From the NCBI RefSeq assembly GCF_009914755.1, contig NC_060940.1: a stretch of DNA of 64,000 nucleotides. One strand, given 5' to 3'. Every line of letters begins with the position of its first letter. Position 1 is the stretch's first letter. The DNA is from the human T2T-CHM13v2.0 reference genome, Homo sapiens. The position numbers were made by a program, and so were the translations under genes. The notes beneath the pieces are model-generated. The model was not told the origin of the DNA. It worked only from the letters and a program-made list of their open reading frames with translations, and made no database searches. This document shows, piece after piece, positions 56,611 to 64,000 of this stretch.

Positions 56611-56879
56611 GCGGCTCTAAAAATCTAGCAGAATTCCATGCAGTGGTAGGGAGGGAAGAGGAGAGCAGAATTTAGGGATTTTCAATGTGAGTCGGCAGGG
56701 GAGGGGCCCAGGAATCTAATGATCCCCAGATCTGGAAACCTGGGGCATTGACTCCCAACTCCCTGATAATAACTGCCTGGGGCATTCTTTAACTGTAGGA
56801 TTCCAGGGCATCTTGGAGATTCTGCTTCCTGGATCTGAGGCAGGGCCTGGGAACCGTCATGCTTAGCAAGGGTCCCACG

Positions 56880-58495
<1,616 letters not shown>

Positions 58496-58545
58496 TCTCA
58501 GGGATTCTTATTGTCAGGGAAGTTCAAGAAGCTGTTCAGGAATAC

Positions 58546-58846
58546 GGCCGGGCACGGTGGCTCACGCCTGTAATCCCAGCACTTTTGTTGGCCGAGGTGG
58601 ACAGACCCCTTGAAGAGCTCAGGAGTTCGAGACCAGCCTGGCCAACATGGTGAGGCAGAAAATACAAAAAATTAGCTGGGTGTAGTGGTGTACATCCGTA
58701 GTCTTAGTCCCAGCTGCTTGAGCGGCTGAAGCGGGAGGATGGCTTGAGCCCAGGAGGCAGAGGTGGCAGTGAGCTGAGTTCGCTTCATTGAGCTCCAACC
58801 TGGGTGACAAAGCCAGACTCTGTTTCAAAAAAAAAAAAAAAAGAAA
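58546..58846 (+). mobile_element. Alu
   Basis: Alu consensus. Confidence 0.88.
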
Positions 58847-59231
58847 CTAGAGGAATATGGATTGGAGAAGACTCTAAATTTGTGTCTGTGTGTTATGCTG
58901 AGCATTTTAGTTAAGGACACTACTGTAGCATCTCAGCTTCCTTGGGCTCCCCAGCTACAAGGGCATATCCAGGAAGACACCACAGGCTCCAACCGCCTTC
59001 CTTATGGTCAATAGGCAGCAAGCCAGGCTCTGGAGATGGAGCTGGGGTGGAGGCGTCTCAGGCTAGTGGGCAAGTACTCTCGAAGGGCCAGCCAGGGGTG
59101 CTCAGTATTTGGCTTGGGTGGACACTGGCCTGGGGAGAAGGGTAGCTGCAGGCCCTGGATAAAAGGCACTGGGCAATTTTTAGCCAGCTGTATTATTTAC
59201 ATATGTATAAATGGATAGACATAGATGTAAT

Positions 59232-59733
<502 letters not shown>

Positions 59734-59974
59734 ACTGGACAGGAAATTCAAAGATCCAGATTCTAGTCCTGGCTTTGCGCTAACGAGGAGTTGGAGCAAA
59801 GAGGGTACTGCTTCTCAGGCCTCTGGTTAAAAGAAGCCCCTCTCCACCTCCCTCACTGCCTCCACCATCCAGGGTGAGAGAGGTACCGTCAGACACGCCA
59901 GAGCTAGACCCCAAGCGGATGCTTTCTAGGGCAAGGTGAGATTTTGCAGGAAAGGAGTGCATAGGCGTGCACAG

Positions 59975-60774
59975 GGGACGCGCGCTAAGCGTAAGGCGGC
60001 GTTCTCAATGCTTAGCAGTGCATTGGGATCGCCTGGTGAACGGGAACGATACTGACGGCCAGCGCCCCCACTCCCAATTCGACTGGTCTAAAGTGGGGCC
60101 CAGATACTTGTCTTTTTTTTTTTTTTAAAGTTCCACAGTGACTCCGCTGTGACCTGCACAGTTAAGAAACTGCAGGAGTCCGGGCGGTTTCCAAGGATGG
60201 GTCAGGGGCTGAAGGCGGTCTGTGCAATTGGCCCCGGGCTTGCCGAGCTGGAAGAGCCCCTGAGTGGCACTGGAGCCACTTCCGCCTGCATGAAGAAAGG
60301 GGTGCCGGGAGGACTGAGGAGGGACTAGGACCCCATCCCTGTTCCTGAGCCAGCGCCCGTCCCACCTCTGGCACGGTGCCTCCAGAAACCCAACAGGGGG
60401 AGCGCCTGGACCCCAGGCAGGACGCCGCGTGGGGGACGCTGGCTGTGGACCCCTGTCCCGAGGGCGGCCAGAGGCTGGCTCTGAATCCCAGGATGCCCAG
60501 GCCACGCTCGCTCAGTCCCGGAGCTTGGGACTTCTGAAGACGCGGGGCCTCGTTTGGGGTCGCAAGTCTGAGCGCTCCGGCTCTGGTTGGCGCTAGGTGG
60601 CGCCCGAGAGCGCGCCAGGCTCACCCTGGGGAGACCTGGGGCCAGCCGGGGTCTCCCTGCTCTGGCGCAGGCAGATCACCGACCCCTGCGTGGCGCAGTT
60701 ACAGGATCCTTGGGCGGTGCCATGCAATGCCTTCTCAAGGCCCAGCACTTCGCCCGATCCCTGGGAGGGATGGA

Positions 60775-60790
<16 letters not shown>
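59975..60790. promoter_or_regulatory. Distal CpG-rich patch with CTCF-like motifs (includes a MER5-like element at ~59997-60173)
   Basis: CpG retained locally; GCGCTAGGTGGCGC at 60590-60603 and CCAACAGGGGGAGC at 60390-60403. Confidence 0.6.
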
Positions 60791-63295
<2,505 letters not shown>

Positions 63296-64000
63296 TGGTC
63301 ATCAGAGAAATGCAAATGAAAACCACAATGAGATACCATCTCACACCAGTTAGAATGGCGATCATTAAAAAGTCAGGAAACAACAGATGCTGGAGAGGAT
63401 GTGGAGAAATAGGAATGCTTTTACACTGTTGGTGGGAGTGTAAACTAGTTCAACCATTGTAGAAGACAGTGTGGCGATTCCTCAAGGATCTAGAACTAGA
63501 AATACCACTTGACCCAGCCATCCCATTACTGGGTATATACCCAAAGGATTATAAATCATGCTACTATAAAGACACATGCACACGTATGTTTATTGCGGCA
63601 CTATTCACAATAGCAAAAACTCGGAACCAACCCAAATATCCATTAATGATAGACTGGATTAAGAAAATGTGGCACATACACACCATGGAATACTATACAG
63701 CCATAAAAAAGGAGGACGTCATGTCCTTTGCAGGGACATGGATGAAGCTGGAAACCATCATTCTGAGCAAACTAACACAAGGACAGAAAACCAAACACTG
63801 CATGTTCTCACTCATAGGTGGGAATTGAACAATGAGAACACTTGGACACAGGGCAGATAACATCACACACTGGGGTCTGTCATGGGGTGGGGGGAGGGGG
63901 GAGGGATAGCATTAGGAGAAATACCTAATGTAAATGACGAGTTAATGGGTACAGCAAACCAACATGGCACATGTATACTTACGTAACAAACCTGCACATT
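63296..64000 (+). mobile_element. 5'-truncated L1PA (L1PA5/6-like), ORF2 C-terminus and 3'UTR, running off the window
   Basis: ORF 63469-63828 WRFLKDLELEIP...MFSLIGGN followed by L1 3'UTR. Confidence 0.93.

Overview
Primate (most likely human) genomic DNA. The first ~3 kb holds the 5' end of CREBBP (CBP acetyltransferase/coactivator) on the minus strand: a CpG-island promoter, a long GC/CGG-rich 5'UTR, the 85-nt coding part of exon 1 (MAENLLDGPPNPKRAKLSSPGFSANDST-) and the start of intron 1. The other ~61 kb is upstream intergenic DNA with no other recognisable host coding exon. It is saturated with Alu elements, often nested in old L1M fragments, plus MLT LTRs, MIRs and DNA transposons (Tigger3, MER45, MER53, MER5). 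Notable structures: a 5'-inverted (twin-primed) L1PA with a 14-bp TSD; a truncated MER11/HERV-K(HML-8) provirus inside an AluY; two uORFs, a possible non-AUG N-terminal extension and an interrupted CGG tract in the CREBBP 5'UTR; a perfect U1-complementary splice donor in unique DNA; and a distal CpG-rich patch with CTCF-like motifs. Almost all ORFs in the supplied track are Alu, L1, low-complexity or GC-content artefacts. I see no evidence of a new multi-gene system. Repeat family calls come from recalled consensus sequences, and repeat boundaries are approximate unless a TSD is quoted.
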